Assembly (NCBI GenBank): GCA_903842795.1
Contig: CAIMNJ010000011.1
Coordinates: forward strand, 3,166-67,165
Source of the DNA: an uncultured bacterium
GTDB taxonomy: Bacteria; Patescibacteriota; Microgenomatia; UBA1400; PJMF01
Length of the DNA stretch: 64,000 nucleotides
Reading direction: 5' to 3'
Made by a program: the position numbers and the translations under genes. Each line of letters starts with the position of its first letter. The first letter of the stretch is position 1. This document shows, one piece after another, positions 18,472-26,059 of the stretch. The notes beneath the pieces were generated by a model. That model had not been told where the DNA came from and made no database searches. It worked only from the letters and a program-made list of their open reading frames with translations.

Positions 18472-20439
18472 TTATAACTTTAGTGGTTTGTCTTCAGGAA
18501 TTTTGACTTCTTCTGTTGGTTTTTCCTCGTGACCATTTTGATCGTTATTGCGACCATCATAAGGTACACTCCATGGATCTTTTTTAGCTTTGGCGATGGA
18601 AGAAATGATCAAAGCGATAGCAATGAGTAAGATTAATCCAGCAATTGCTAGCCATTGCCATGAGAAGTTGGCCAACATTTGACCTAAGCTAGTTTGAAAT
18701 GGAGAAGTTTTTTTCTCGACTATAGTTGGTGCGCTAGTTGGCTCTGTCTTGGCACTATTGCTGGCAGATTGTTCTTTGTTGGTGGTAGAGCCAGTCACAC
18801 AAGAAATATCTTCTGGATCATCTGCTAAGCGGCATTTTCCTTTATAGCAGCGCATATCTGCTTCACAATCACGGTTGTTGTTGCAACCTTGGTTACAACT
18901 ATTAGTGGTCAGGTCAGTGGCTTCGCTTGGCAAAAGAATAGTTCTGCCAGAACTGTCTGTGTAGGAATTTATATTGCTGCCACCTTTATTTGAAGACAGT
19001 GAGGAAGATGAATTTATAGCAACCTTCTTCACATCACAGGTGGTGCTTTCCAGATTTTTTGGATCTCTGCAACGATTCCAGAAACAAGTTAGGCCAACTC
19101 CACAGTCATTGTTGCTGGCACAATATTCATTGCAACTACGATCGGAAGTTTGAATTCCTGGAGTAGCAAGACAAGCATTGTTACTTGGATTGGTTGCGTT
19201 TCTACATAAACCTTCAGCAGTACAGACTAGTCCAGGAGCACAGCTCTTGCTTTGATCACTGGTTGGACCACACTGATCATTACAATTCTTATATTTGCTC
19301 TGGTCGCCACTGCAATAGGTGATGTAATAGCGCACTGAGGAGATGTGTTGTCCGCCATTATCAGTGCTAAAAAGACGGAAGAAATATTCTTTATTTGGCT
19401 CAAAACTAATTGGACCCTTGGTGCCAGTGGCATGGGTAAATCCTTTAGCTGTCACCATAATCCAGTTGCCATTTGTTTGGTCAATGTTGCCGGCAACTTT
19501 TTTGTGATAAAAATCTCCAAAGTTTGGACTGGTGCTCACATCAATGTAAGTTACATTTGGATATTTTTTGTTGTCCCAGATTACGTATAGAGAATCTCCC
19601 TCAGTTGGTTGATTGAGACATTTATCGTTTGAAGAAAGGTAGAAGAAGCTACTGTTGGCATTAACAACACTATTGTCGGTACACTTCTGACTCAATTCTT
19701 TTAAGGTTTCGTCCTCATACCATTGACATCTTTCTGGTTGTGTTGAGTATTGTCTAGTTTGCCAGCCATTTTTACATTCTCCCCAAGAGGTATATTCGTA
19801 ATGACATTGAGAACGGTCAATACCATTGGTGGTTACGTAATATTGGAAATCTAAGACAGTTGGTTTTTGCAAAATATCTTCTGAAGTTTCATGTTCAATA
19901 ACGGTACTGTCTTGGCTGATTTTAATTTTGACACTACCTTCTTTTTTTGGAGTGAATTTTAGTTGAGAGATGGTTCTCATCTGGTTGTGGGTAGAAAAGG
20001 TAACGGCAGGATCTTTGGTGTTTAGAAGCAAAGTGACTGTGTAGCAATCTTTTTCACAAATACTTTCGACTACTTCTTGTTTGCTAATCTCTAATTCTGC
20101 TGGATAAGTTTCAGTAAAACTAATTTTGCTTTTATCTAAGAGACCTTTATCGACAATAATCTCAAAAATCAATTCTATTGCGTCTACTGACTTGTCTTTT
20201 GTGTTTAATTGCAAATTGATTTTTTGTTCTTCATCAACTTTGAGAGTACTCTGATCAAAAGGATAAGTATTGAGCTCTGCTAATCCAGAATCAACCATAG
20301 CAGCTTTTCTAGTGTCTAAGCTTAATTCGGAAGCTGGTTTTTTGAGGAACATGACTGCTAGTAGGGCAATCGACATAACTAGGACAATAAAAAATAAGCC
20401 GAAAACGGCCAGACGATTGCTTTTTTTAGTTTGCAGCAT
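18472..20439 (-). CDS. Cys-rich modular cell-surface protein (signal-anchor, FN3-like region, three 6-Cys modules, C-terminal TM)
   Basis: N-terminal TM 'LAVFGLFFIVLVMSIALLAVMFL'. Three tandem modules with spacing near C-x3-C-x5-C-x5-C-x4-C-x10-C: 'NCNDQCGPTSDQSKSCAPGLVCTAEGLCRN...AC', 'SCNEYCASNNDCGVGLTCFWNRCRD...TC' and 'SCNQGCNNNRDCEADMRCYKGKCRL...SC'. C-terminal TM 'WLAIAGLILLIAIALIISSIA' followed by a charged tail. Confidence 0.6.
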   Translation of the reverse strand: MLQTKKSNRLAVFGLFFIVLVMSIALLAVMFLKKPASELSLDTRKAAMVDSGLAELNTYPFDQSTLKVDEEQKINLQLNTKDKSVDAIELIFEIIVDKGLLDKSKISFTETYPAELEISKQEVVESICEKDCYTVTLLLNTKDPAVTFSTHNQMRTISQLKFTPKKEGSVKIKISQDSTVIEHETSEDILQKPTVLDFQYYVTTNGIDRSQCHYEYTSWGECKNGWQTRQYSTQPERCQWYEDETLKELSQKCTDNSVVNANSSFFYLSSNDKCLNQPTEGDSLYVIWDNKKYPNVTYIDVSTSPNFGDFYHKKVAGNIDQTNGNWIMVTAKGFTHATGTKGPISFEPNKEYFFRLFSTDNGGQHISSVRYYITYCSGDQSKYKNCNDQCGPTSDQSKSCAPGLVCTAEGLCRNATNPSNNACLATPGIQTSDRSCNEYCASNNDCGVGLTCFWNRCRDPKNLESTTCDVKKVAINSSSSLSSNKGGSNINSYTDSSGRTILLPSEATDLTTNSCNQGCNNNRDCEADMRCYKGKCRLADDPEDISCVTGSTTNKEQSASNSAKTEPTSAPTIVEKKTSPFQTSLGQMLANFSWQWLAIAGLILLIAIALIISSIAKAKKDPWSVPYDGRNNDQNGHEEKPTEEVKIPEDKPLKL

Positions 20440-20815
20440 TGGTTTCTTTCTCTTTTAAGTTGTTTAGATTGACTATTTTGTTAAATAAAGAGTAATCTTT
20501 GGCATCAATTTTGCCATCTTGATTAAGATCGGCTTTTAATGATTCGCTGTCACTCTTAAAAAATGCTTCTTTTATCAGTTTAGCATCTTTTTCATCAATT
20601 TTGCCATCTTGATTGAGGTCGGCATTCTTCAACAGGGAGGTGTCTGTCTTTTGGTAAACTCTTGAATCTTGAAATTTATTTCTTTTATATCCAATATGCC
20701 AAAAAGTAATAACAGCCATAATCAGAACTAAGGTCAAACCAAAAAGAATTAAATTAGATTCAATTTCTTCTTTTTTGACTCTAGAAATCTTTTTTGATGA
20801 CATCAGATAAAGCAT
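20426..20815 (-). CDS. Membrane-anchored protein with two dockerin-type (EF-hand-like) calcium-binding repeats
   Basis: TM 'LILFGLTLVLIMAVITFW', then 'ADLNQDGKIDEKDAKLI' and 'ADLNQDGKIDAKDYSLF'. These resemble dockerin type I repeats (DxNxDGKVNxxD). Overlaps the upstream gene by 14 nt. Confidence 0.55.
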   Translation of the reverse strand: MLYLMSSKKISRVKKEEIESNLILFGLTLVLIMAVITFWHIGYKRNKFQDSRVYQKTDTSLLKNADLNQDGKIDEKDAKLIKEAFFKSDSESLKADLNQDGKIDAKDYSLFNKIVNLNNLKEKETNAAN

Positions 20816-20897
20816 AGCTGATTTATGACTATTGGGTCAAGGATTAGTCTTCTTATGCTATACTTTTAGAACCTTATATTTAGAAAGGCCAACTTTT

Positions 20898-21785
20898 ATG
20901 TCAGAGAAATTAGTTCGTAAGGCAATTATCACTGATGCAGGTTTTGCAAGTCGTTATTTGCCAATTACTAAAACTATTCCTAAAGCCATGTTGCCAATGG
21001 GCAATCGCCCAATTATGCAGTTTGTGATCGAAGAATGCGTTGAGGCAGGTATAGAAGAAATTATTATTGTAGCTACCCCAGAGGGTAAGCCAATTTACGA
21101 AGATTACTTTAACAATGGTGTTAATCGAATTCGCAAACAGTTGGCAGCTCAGGGCAAAGAAGATCGTTATGAACCAGTTCAACAGGTTCTAGACTATCCA
21201 AAAATTACAGTAATTACTCAAGACCCTAGTTTGCCATATGGCAATGGTTCTCCAGTTGTTTCTGCCAAAGCTTTTGTGGAGGGGGAGAAGGCATTTTTGG
21301 TTATTTATAGTGATGACGTGGTTTTTGGTAATCCTGGTGATGCCAAAATGATGGTTGATGCCTATGAGGCAGATCCTACGGTAGATGGCATTATTATGTC
21401 TCAAGAGGTAGAACCAGAAGTAGTCAATAAATACGGTATCATCTCTTTTAGAACAGGCAGCAACGAATTGCTGGATAATATTATTGAAAAACCAGAAATT
21501 GGTGAAGCTCCATCAAATTTAGCTTCTTATGGTAGATACCTTTTGACTCCAAAAATTTTTGAACATCTTATTCCAAGTAACTCTGGCAAAGATGGTGAGC
21601 TTTGGACGGTTGATGCTATCACCAAAATAGCTAACTTGGGTAGAGTATTGGTAGAAAAAACCAAGGGTCAATGGATGACCACTGGTGATCCAGAAAATTA
21701 CTTCAAAGCTCATCTGAAATTTGTAATCGAAAACGAAAAATATGGCAACAAAATAAAAAATTGGGTGGAGGAACTTTCTAAATAA
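20898..21785 (+). CDS. galU: UTP--glucose-1-phosphate uridylyltransferase-like sugar nucleotidyltransferase
   Basis: 'KAIITDAGFASRYLPITKTIPKAMLPMGNRPIMQFVIEE' matches the GalU '[25 protein letters not shown]...PLIQYVVEE' motif. Start is taken at MSEKLV (20898). Confidence 0.75.
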   Translation: MSEKLVRKAIITDAGFASRYLPITKTIPKAMLPMGNRPIMQFVIEECVEAGIEEIIIVATPEGKPIYEDYFNNGVNRIRKQLAAQGKEDRYEPVQQVLDYPKITVITQDPSLPYGNGSPVVSAKAFVEGEKAFLVIYSDDVVFGNPGDAKMMVDAYEADPTVDGIIMSQEVEPEVVNKYGIISFRTGSNELLDNIIEKPEIGEAPSNLASYGRYLLTPKIFEHLIPSNSGKDGELWTVDAITKIANLGRVLVEKTKGQWMTTGDPENYFKAHLKFVIENEKYGNKIKNWVEELSK

Positions 21786-22203
21786 AAGTAATGTTCTCCA
21801 TTGTAGCAATTTTCTATTTATAACAAAAGATTGTTTTTTGGCTTTGTGGTTTTAAAATTATTATTTAGCACCTTAACTCCACTTTCTTTTGCAGGAAAGT
21901 AAAGCAATGTTTTTCCTCAACAGCTCTTTATAGGGCTTATAGGAGTATTTTGCTTCCGTGGAAGTAAAATCTTCTTGCCCACCTGGTTTTTTCCGGGGAA
22001 AGAGGCTTACTTTCCTGCAAAGGGAGGTGGAGATTGTTTTTTCAAGATGTCCAAAATTCGCTAAAGCATCTTTTGTACCATTTTTACTGCATTGGTCCAA
22101 AATTCGCTAAAGCATCTTTTGTACCAGCTGCTTTTTGCAATGCTGTCTGCATTGCAAAAAGACAGGGTCCAAAATATAATACTCAATGTCTTTCGTCTTA
22201 TTT
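21786..22203 (+). other. Structured noncoding region upstream of the tRNA cluster (candidate ncRNA or leader)
   Basis: Long-range inverted repeat 21887-21905 / 22005-22021 (17/18 bp). Tandem 32-nt direct repeats. Mutually exclusive hairpins at 22132-22165. No convincing ORF. Confidence 0.3.
22049..22126 (+). repeat. Two exact 32-nt direct repeats 'GTCCAAAATTCGCTAAAGCATCTTTTGTACCA' (22049-22080 and 22095-22126), with a partial third copy at 22167-22178
   Basis: Found by direct reading. The spacer between full copies is 14 nt. The third copy matches only 9 nt, and no cas genes are present. Confidence 0.8.
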
Positions 22204-22276
22204 GCCTTTGTAGCTCAGTCGGTAGAGCGCAGTCTTGGTAAGACTGAGGTCTCGGGTCCGATCCCCGACAAAGGCT
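22204..22276 (+). tRNA. tRNA-Thr (anticodon GGU)
   Basis: Cloverleaf by eye: acceptor GCCTTTG/CAAAGGC, D-arm GCTC-AGTCGGTA-GAGC, anticodon stem CAGTC/GACTG with loop TTGGTAA, T-arm TCGGG-TCCGATC-CCCGA. CCA is not encoded. Confidence 0.85.
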
Positions 22277-22313
22277 CACTTGCAAAGGCGCGCTGCGCGC
22301 GCCATCTGCAAAA

Positions 22314-22395
22314 GCCAAGGTACTCAAGCGGTCAACGAGGGCAGTCTGTAAAACTGCTGGCCTAGCCTACGTAGGTTCGAATCCTTCCCTTGGCA
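22314..22395 (+). tRNA. tRNA-Tyr (anticodon GUA), class II with long variable arm
   Basis: Acceptor GCCAAGG/CCTTGGC, anticodon stem GCAGT/ACTGC with loop CTGTAAA, long variable arm, T-loop TTCGAAT. Confidence 0.8.
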
Positions 22396-22424
22396 CAGAT
22401 CTCTAGCTTACAAAGGGAGAATTT

Positions 22425-22498
22425 GCCCCCCTAGCTCAATTGGTTAGAGCACCTGTTTTGTAAACAGGAGGTTCCGGGTTCGATTCCCGGGGGTGGCT
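22425..22498 (+). tRNA. tRNA-Thr (anticodon UGU)
   Basis: D-arm GCTC-AATTGGTTA-GAGC, anticodon stem CCTGT/ACAGG with loop TTTGTAA, T-arm CCGGG-TTCGATT-CCCGG. The acceptor stem has one C:U mismatch. Confidence 0.8.
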
Positions 22499-22548
22499 CA
22501 AGAGATGACTCTTAAAATATAAAAAAGTTGTGATAAAATATCAAATCT

Positions 22549-22752
22549 ATGGCAAGCAAGAAAAAAGGTCCAAGACAATCAATCGGTTTACAATGTAGTG
22601 TTTGTAATGCTTTCGGTTACGTAAGCGAATACAACAAAAACAATGAGATTCTCAAGAAACAAACCTCAGGTGAGGGTAGTTTTCCTCTGAACAAATACTG
22701 TAGCGTTTGTCGCAAGCATACTGCTCACAAATTGATGAAAAAATTAAAATAA
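22549..22752 (+). CDS. rpmG: Ribosomal protein L33 (zinc-ribbon type)
   Basis: 67 aa with 'CSVCN...KYCSVCRKHTAHKLMKK', a CxxC...CxxC ribbon matching the Bacillus-type L33 'KYCSxCxxHTxH'. Confidence 0.9.
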   Translation: MASKKKGPRQSIGLQCSVCNAFGYVSEYNKNNEILKKQTSGEGSFPLNKYCSVCRKHTAHKLMKKLK

Positions 22753-22756
22753 GTTT

Positions 22757-22782
22757 AATCAATCCATTTTTTTTGGATTGAT
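22757..22782. terminator. Hairpin terminator between convergent rpmG and the glycosyltransferase gene
   Basis: 8-bp stem 'ATCAATCC' (22758-22765) pairs with 'GGATTGAT' (22775-22782), with a T-rich loop between them. Confidence 0.5.
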
Positions 22783-22787
22783 GTTGC

Positions 22788-24260
22788 TTAGTTTAGTTTT
22801 ACTATTTTCAGAATATTTTCCGCTCCGTGATAGAAGTCATGATCAAGCTGTCTACTGTTTTTCATGGCTTGTCCAATCCAGGATCGCTGTTCATTTGCTT
22901 TTAATTTAGGTACAGGCCTGGTCCCGCCAGCTGGAATTGCGCTTTCGGAAGTATGCTCATTGGTCTGAGCGAGTTCAGTTAATTGTTTAGCAATATTGTT
23001 TGTTTGAGCTTGTATTGCTGTGCCATTTTTTTCAAAAACTGCACGTACGTTATATTCCCACTCACCCCATTCCTTGAGAGTGAGTAGAGCAGCTCCAGAA
23101 GCGACTGCGTCGTAGGCCATGTCTCCAGAAGGCTTGCTGATAAAAACATCGGCCCAAGAAAAGCCTTTTTGAATCAATAATTCATTAGCATCAACAATTT
23201 GTGGATGATAGATAATTCTAAAGCGATGCTTATTTTCTTCGTTTTTACTGGTTTTGATCTTGTTATTAATGCCAAAATTGGCAGGGTCATTTGGGCTAAT
23301 GATTTGATAAGCAAGGTCATTAGCTTGAGCAATTTCAATGGCCATATTTTTATGATCTTCATGGGTGCCGGCATAAAAAACCAATTGGGTCTCGACTAAA
23401 TCAGTTTTTTGTCCCAAGGCTTGTTGCTTTAGTATTGGCAACATTTGCTCCAAAATGCTTTTTATTTCTGGTTTATTAGTGCCAAGGCCACCGGTAGTTA
23501 AGCAAATTCTAAGTGGTCTTTCGTCTGTCCAAATTGTTTTTTCTTTGTGGCAATCGACTATTCTTGGGTCAATTGGTGGGCCAGTGACAATGACTTTGTC
23601 TTTTATTTGGTCCTTTGGTATTTTTTTGCCAATTTGTTTGGCAACTTCAAAAAATGATTCTTTGGTGGCTTCATCAAAGACCAAAAATTTCATATTTGGC
23701 AAATGTGCATTTTGCAAATAATCGCTACGCACGTGTGGATCTGTGATCATTTGCACAACTTTTTTACCCTCTGCAGCTAGAATATTGCCCGTCACAATGT
23801 GAAAGGAAAGAATGGTTTTTTTGATTCCAGAACCAAGATAAAGAGTGGGAGGAGTGACATTATCTAAAATTGGCATTTTGGAACGGCCGAATTTATCGAC
23901 GATATCTTTTAACATTTTTAAAATTGGCCAGCGAGCAATAGTTCTGCCAATTAAATCTGTTATTTGTACGCTTTTAAAAGCGGCGTTGCTGACGTAATTA
24001 GTGCTATCTACAAGCCAAGCTTTTTTAGGATCAATGCTATTTCCCCAGGCTTGTATTGCTATGCCGAGAGCCATGGAGTAGTGAGCGCGTGAAAGCACAA
24101 TGTCGGTACTATTGTCTTTTTCTTTTTGATGATGAAGACCCTTGAGGTCTTCTCGAAAGGAAGCGGAAACAGTGATAATGGGAATTTTGGTTTGTTCGAG
24201 GAGTTTTTTGTCTGCTTGGTAAATCTTTTTTAATTCTTTGGCGATTTCATTATCTTGCAT
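22788..24260 (-). CDS. GT-B glycosyltransferase, family-28-like (MGDG synthase/UgtP/MurG-like C-terminal domain)
   Basis: 'WADVFISKPSGDMAYDAVASGAALLTL' resembles the GT28 C-terminal donor-binding motif. The ORF-track start at 24401 would read through tRNA-Trp, so the start is moved to MQDNEIAK at 24260. Confidence 0.6.
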   Translation of the reverse strand: MQDNEIAKELKKIYQADKKLLEQTKIPIITVSASFREDLKGLHHQKEKDNSTDIVLSRAHYSMALGIAIQAWGNSIDPKKAWLVDSTNYVSNAAFKSVQITDLIGRTIARWPILKMLKDIVDKFGRSKMPILDNVTPPTLYLGSGIKKTILSFHIVTGNILAAEGKKVVQMITDPHVRSDYLQNAHLPNMKFLVFDEATKESFFEVAKQIGKKIPKDQIKDKVIVTGPPIDPRIVDCHKEKTIWTDERPLRICLTTGGLGTNKPEIKSILEQMLPILKQQALGQKTDLVETQLVFYAGTHEDHKNMAIEIAQANDLAYQIISPNDPANFGINNKIKTSKNEENKHRFRIIYHPQIVDANELLIQKGFSWADVFISKPSGDMAYDAVASGAALLTLKEWGEWEYNVRAVFEKNGTAIQAQTNNIAKQLTELAQTNEHTSESAIPAGGTRPVPKLKANEQRSWIGQAMKNSRQLDHDFYHGAENILKIVKLN

Positions 24261-24365
24261 GCTTTTTAGTGTAGCAGTTTTTTGGTGGTGGAGGAAATGA
24301 TGATGCGTTAGCTCTGGCTTTATTGAGCAATGATTATTATAATTGGGCTCTAAGAAATTTAACAA

Positions 24366-24436
24366 AGGGCGGTATTTCAATGGCAGAATAGGGGTCTCCA
24401 AAACCTTTGATGAGGGTTCGATTCCTTCCCGCCCTG
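24366..24436 (+). tRNA. tRNA-Trp (anticodon CCA)
   Basis: Acceptor AGGGCGG/CCGCCCT, anticodon stem GGGGT/ACCTT (two G:U pairs) with loop CTCCAAA, T-arm GAGGG-TTCGATT-CCTTC. Confidence 0.75.
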
Positions 24437-24462
24437 CAAAAAAATATTCAAATTGTAAAACG

Positions 24463-24762
24463 ATGGAAAATAATCCCGAAAACTCTTTTCCTTTTAATCC
24501 AGCTTCTTATGATGGTGTGGATATTTCTACTTTGCCTTTGGAAGAATTAAAGATGATTGTTAATTCCTACAAAGAGATTCAAAAATTGCCAGATCAAAAA
24601 TCAAAAGCAATTTTGGAAGGTCTTATTCAAGCCGTCAGCCACTACCTTTCTTTTGCTAGCAGTTCAGAAGAAAGAAAAAAAACCTTACTCTCAATGTATT
24701 CTCCTGATTTTGTTTTTCATGCTAGTGAATACTCAGCCAGAGAATACAAGGCTTACAAATAA
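24463..24762 (+). CDS. Hypothetical protein (~99 aa)
   Basis: Start is moved to MENNPENSF (24463), because ORF-track 24343 overlaps tRNA-Trp. Confidence 0.4.
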   Translation: MENNPENSFPFNPASYDGVDISTLPLEELKMIVNSYKEIQKLPDQKSKAILEGLIQAVSHYLSFASSSEERKKTLLSMYSPDFVFHASEYSAREYKAYK

Positions 24763-24838
24763 CTTGTCTTTTCAGCTTAATCTCAGTTGCTTGTTTTAGA
24801 CTTCCAGCTATTAATAGTTAAAGGAAAGGTTTTTACTG

Positions 24839-25345
24839 ATGAAAGTCAATAAAAAAATCATTATCCCTTTGTTAACAATTACAGTGGCTGGAGCAGCAGC
24901 TTATTCTGGATCGAAAGTTTTTGCAGCTACTACGCAGACAAATTATCCACCAATGGTAGAAAGGTTTGCGGAGCATTTTGGCTTAAAAGTTGATGATGTT
25001 AAGACTTTTTTTGATGAAGAAAGACAGCAACGTCAGCAAGATATGCTGAGTGATTATGCTGACTTCTTAGAAGAAGCTGTCAACTCTGGAGATCTCACTG
25101 AGAATCAAAAAGATCTGCTGATTTCTAAGAAGGAAGAGCAACAAAAAGAGATGGCTAATTTTCAACCAGGAAGTGAAAATAGGGAAGACAGATTTGAAAA
25201 AAAGCAGGCTAGAAGAGATGAACTTATTCAATGGGCCAAAGATAATAATATAGATCAAAAATACCTTTTCTTTCACGGTGGTGAGAGAGGAGAAGGTGGT
25301 GAGGGAGGTAGAGGCTTTGGTATGGGTAGAATGATGAGGGAATAA
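24839..25345 (+). CDS. Secreted hypothetical protein with a Gly/Glu-rich C-terminus
   Basis: Signal peptide 'IIIPLLTITVAGAAAYSGSKVFAATT'; C-terminal 'GGERGEGGEGGRGFGMGRMMRE'. Confidence 0.5.
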   Translation: MKVNKKIIIPLLTITVAGAAAYSGSKVFAATTQTNYPPMVERFAEHFGLKVDDVKTFFDEERQQRQQDMLSDYADFLEEAVNSGDLTENQKDLLISKKEEQQKEMANFQPGSENREDRFEKKQARRDELIQWAKDNNIDQKYLFFHGGERGEGGEGGRGFGMGRMMRE

Positions 25346-25381
25346 TTGAGAGTCAATCTTTGAAATAGCACTTTTTCCTGC

Positions 25382-25416
25382 AAAAAATCCTAGCTTAAAA
25401 ACTAGGATTTTTTTGT
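25382..25416. terminator. Bidirectional rho-independent terminator
   Basis: 'AAAAAATCCTAGcttaaaaaCTAGGATTTTTTT'. Confidence 0.7.
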
Positions 25417-25432
25417 TTTTTTAGTCAAAATT

Positions 25433-26050
25433 TTAGATAAAAATTCTCATCATGAGGTTGATGATTGGACTAAGTAGAGCACTGACAGCAGACTGTCCGC
25501 CAACCCATGGAAAAATCATCATGATCAAAATCATGGTTCCATAACGATCCATAATGTCTTCATATTCCAAGCTTGCTTGATAGGGAAGTACAGCACGCAT
25601 GATTTTGCCACCATCAAGAGGATAAACGGGAATTAGATTAAAGAGGGCTAACGAAAGGTTGATAAAGATTAACTGGCCAGCAAATAAGGCCAAAAAATCT
25701 CCACCAATTCCTAATTTAATAAGTGCTGATAGGATAGTTGCAATTAATATGTTACTGGCTGGTCCTGCAACTGTAATGAGAGCAGCATCTCTGGTAGGCT
25801 CTTTGAGATTATATGGATCGTATGGAGCAGCTTTGCCCCAGCCAAAACCAGTTAAAACAATTGCTAGAGTGCCAATTGGATCGAGATGGGCTAGTGGGTT
25901 TAGAGTGAGGCGGCCCTTGATGCGAGGAGTTGGGTCTCCCAATCTATCTGTTACGAAACAATGAGCATATTCATGGATTGCGATAGAAAGTAGTAAGCCA
26001 GCTAAAAAAATAATAAAAGCGAGAGGATTCTGGAGTAAAAGAGTTAGCAT
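25433..26050 (-). CDS. M50 / site-2 protease family zinc metalloprotease
   Basis: 'HEYAHCF' (HExxH within a TM segment) and 'NLIPVYPLDGG', the LDG motif of S2P/SpoIVFB-like proteases. Confidence 0.8.
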   Translation of the reverse strand: MLTLLLQNPLAFIIFLAGLLLSIAIHEYAHCFVTDRLGDPTPRIKGRLTLNPLAHLDPIGTLAIVLTGFGWGKAAPYDPYNLKEPTRDAALITVAGPASNILIATILSALIKLGIGGDFLALFAGQLIFINLSLALFNLIPVYPLDGGKIMRAVLPYQASLEYEDIMDRYGTMILIMMIFPWVGGQSAVSALLSPIINLMMRIFI

Positions 26051-26059
26051 GATTAAAGA

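Noticed and set aside
22049-22178. Possible CRISPR array suggested by exact 32-nt direct repeats
   Set aside because: There are only two full copies plus a 9-nt partial copy. Spacer lengths are irregular, at 14 nt and about 40 nt. No cas genes occur anywhere in the window. I treated it as part of a structured noncoding region instead.
21873-22327. Minus-strand ORFs 21873..22100 and 22061..22327 from the ORF track
   Set aside because: They overlap tRNA-Thr and the structured repeat region on the opposite strand. They have no RBS context and are Arg/Ser/Cys-rich. I treated them as spurious.
24261-24401. N-terminal 47 aa of ORF 22788..24401 ('METPILPLKYRPLL...')
   Set aside because: This extension reads through tRNA-Trp at 24366-24436 on the opposite strand. 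I moved the start to the internal Met at 24260.
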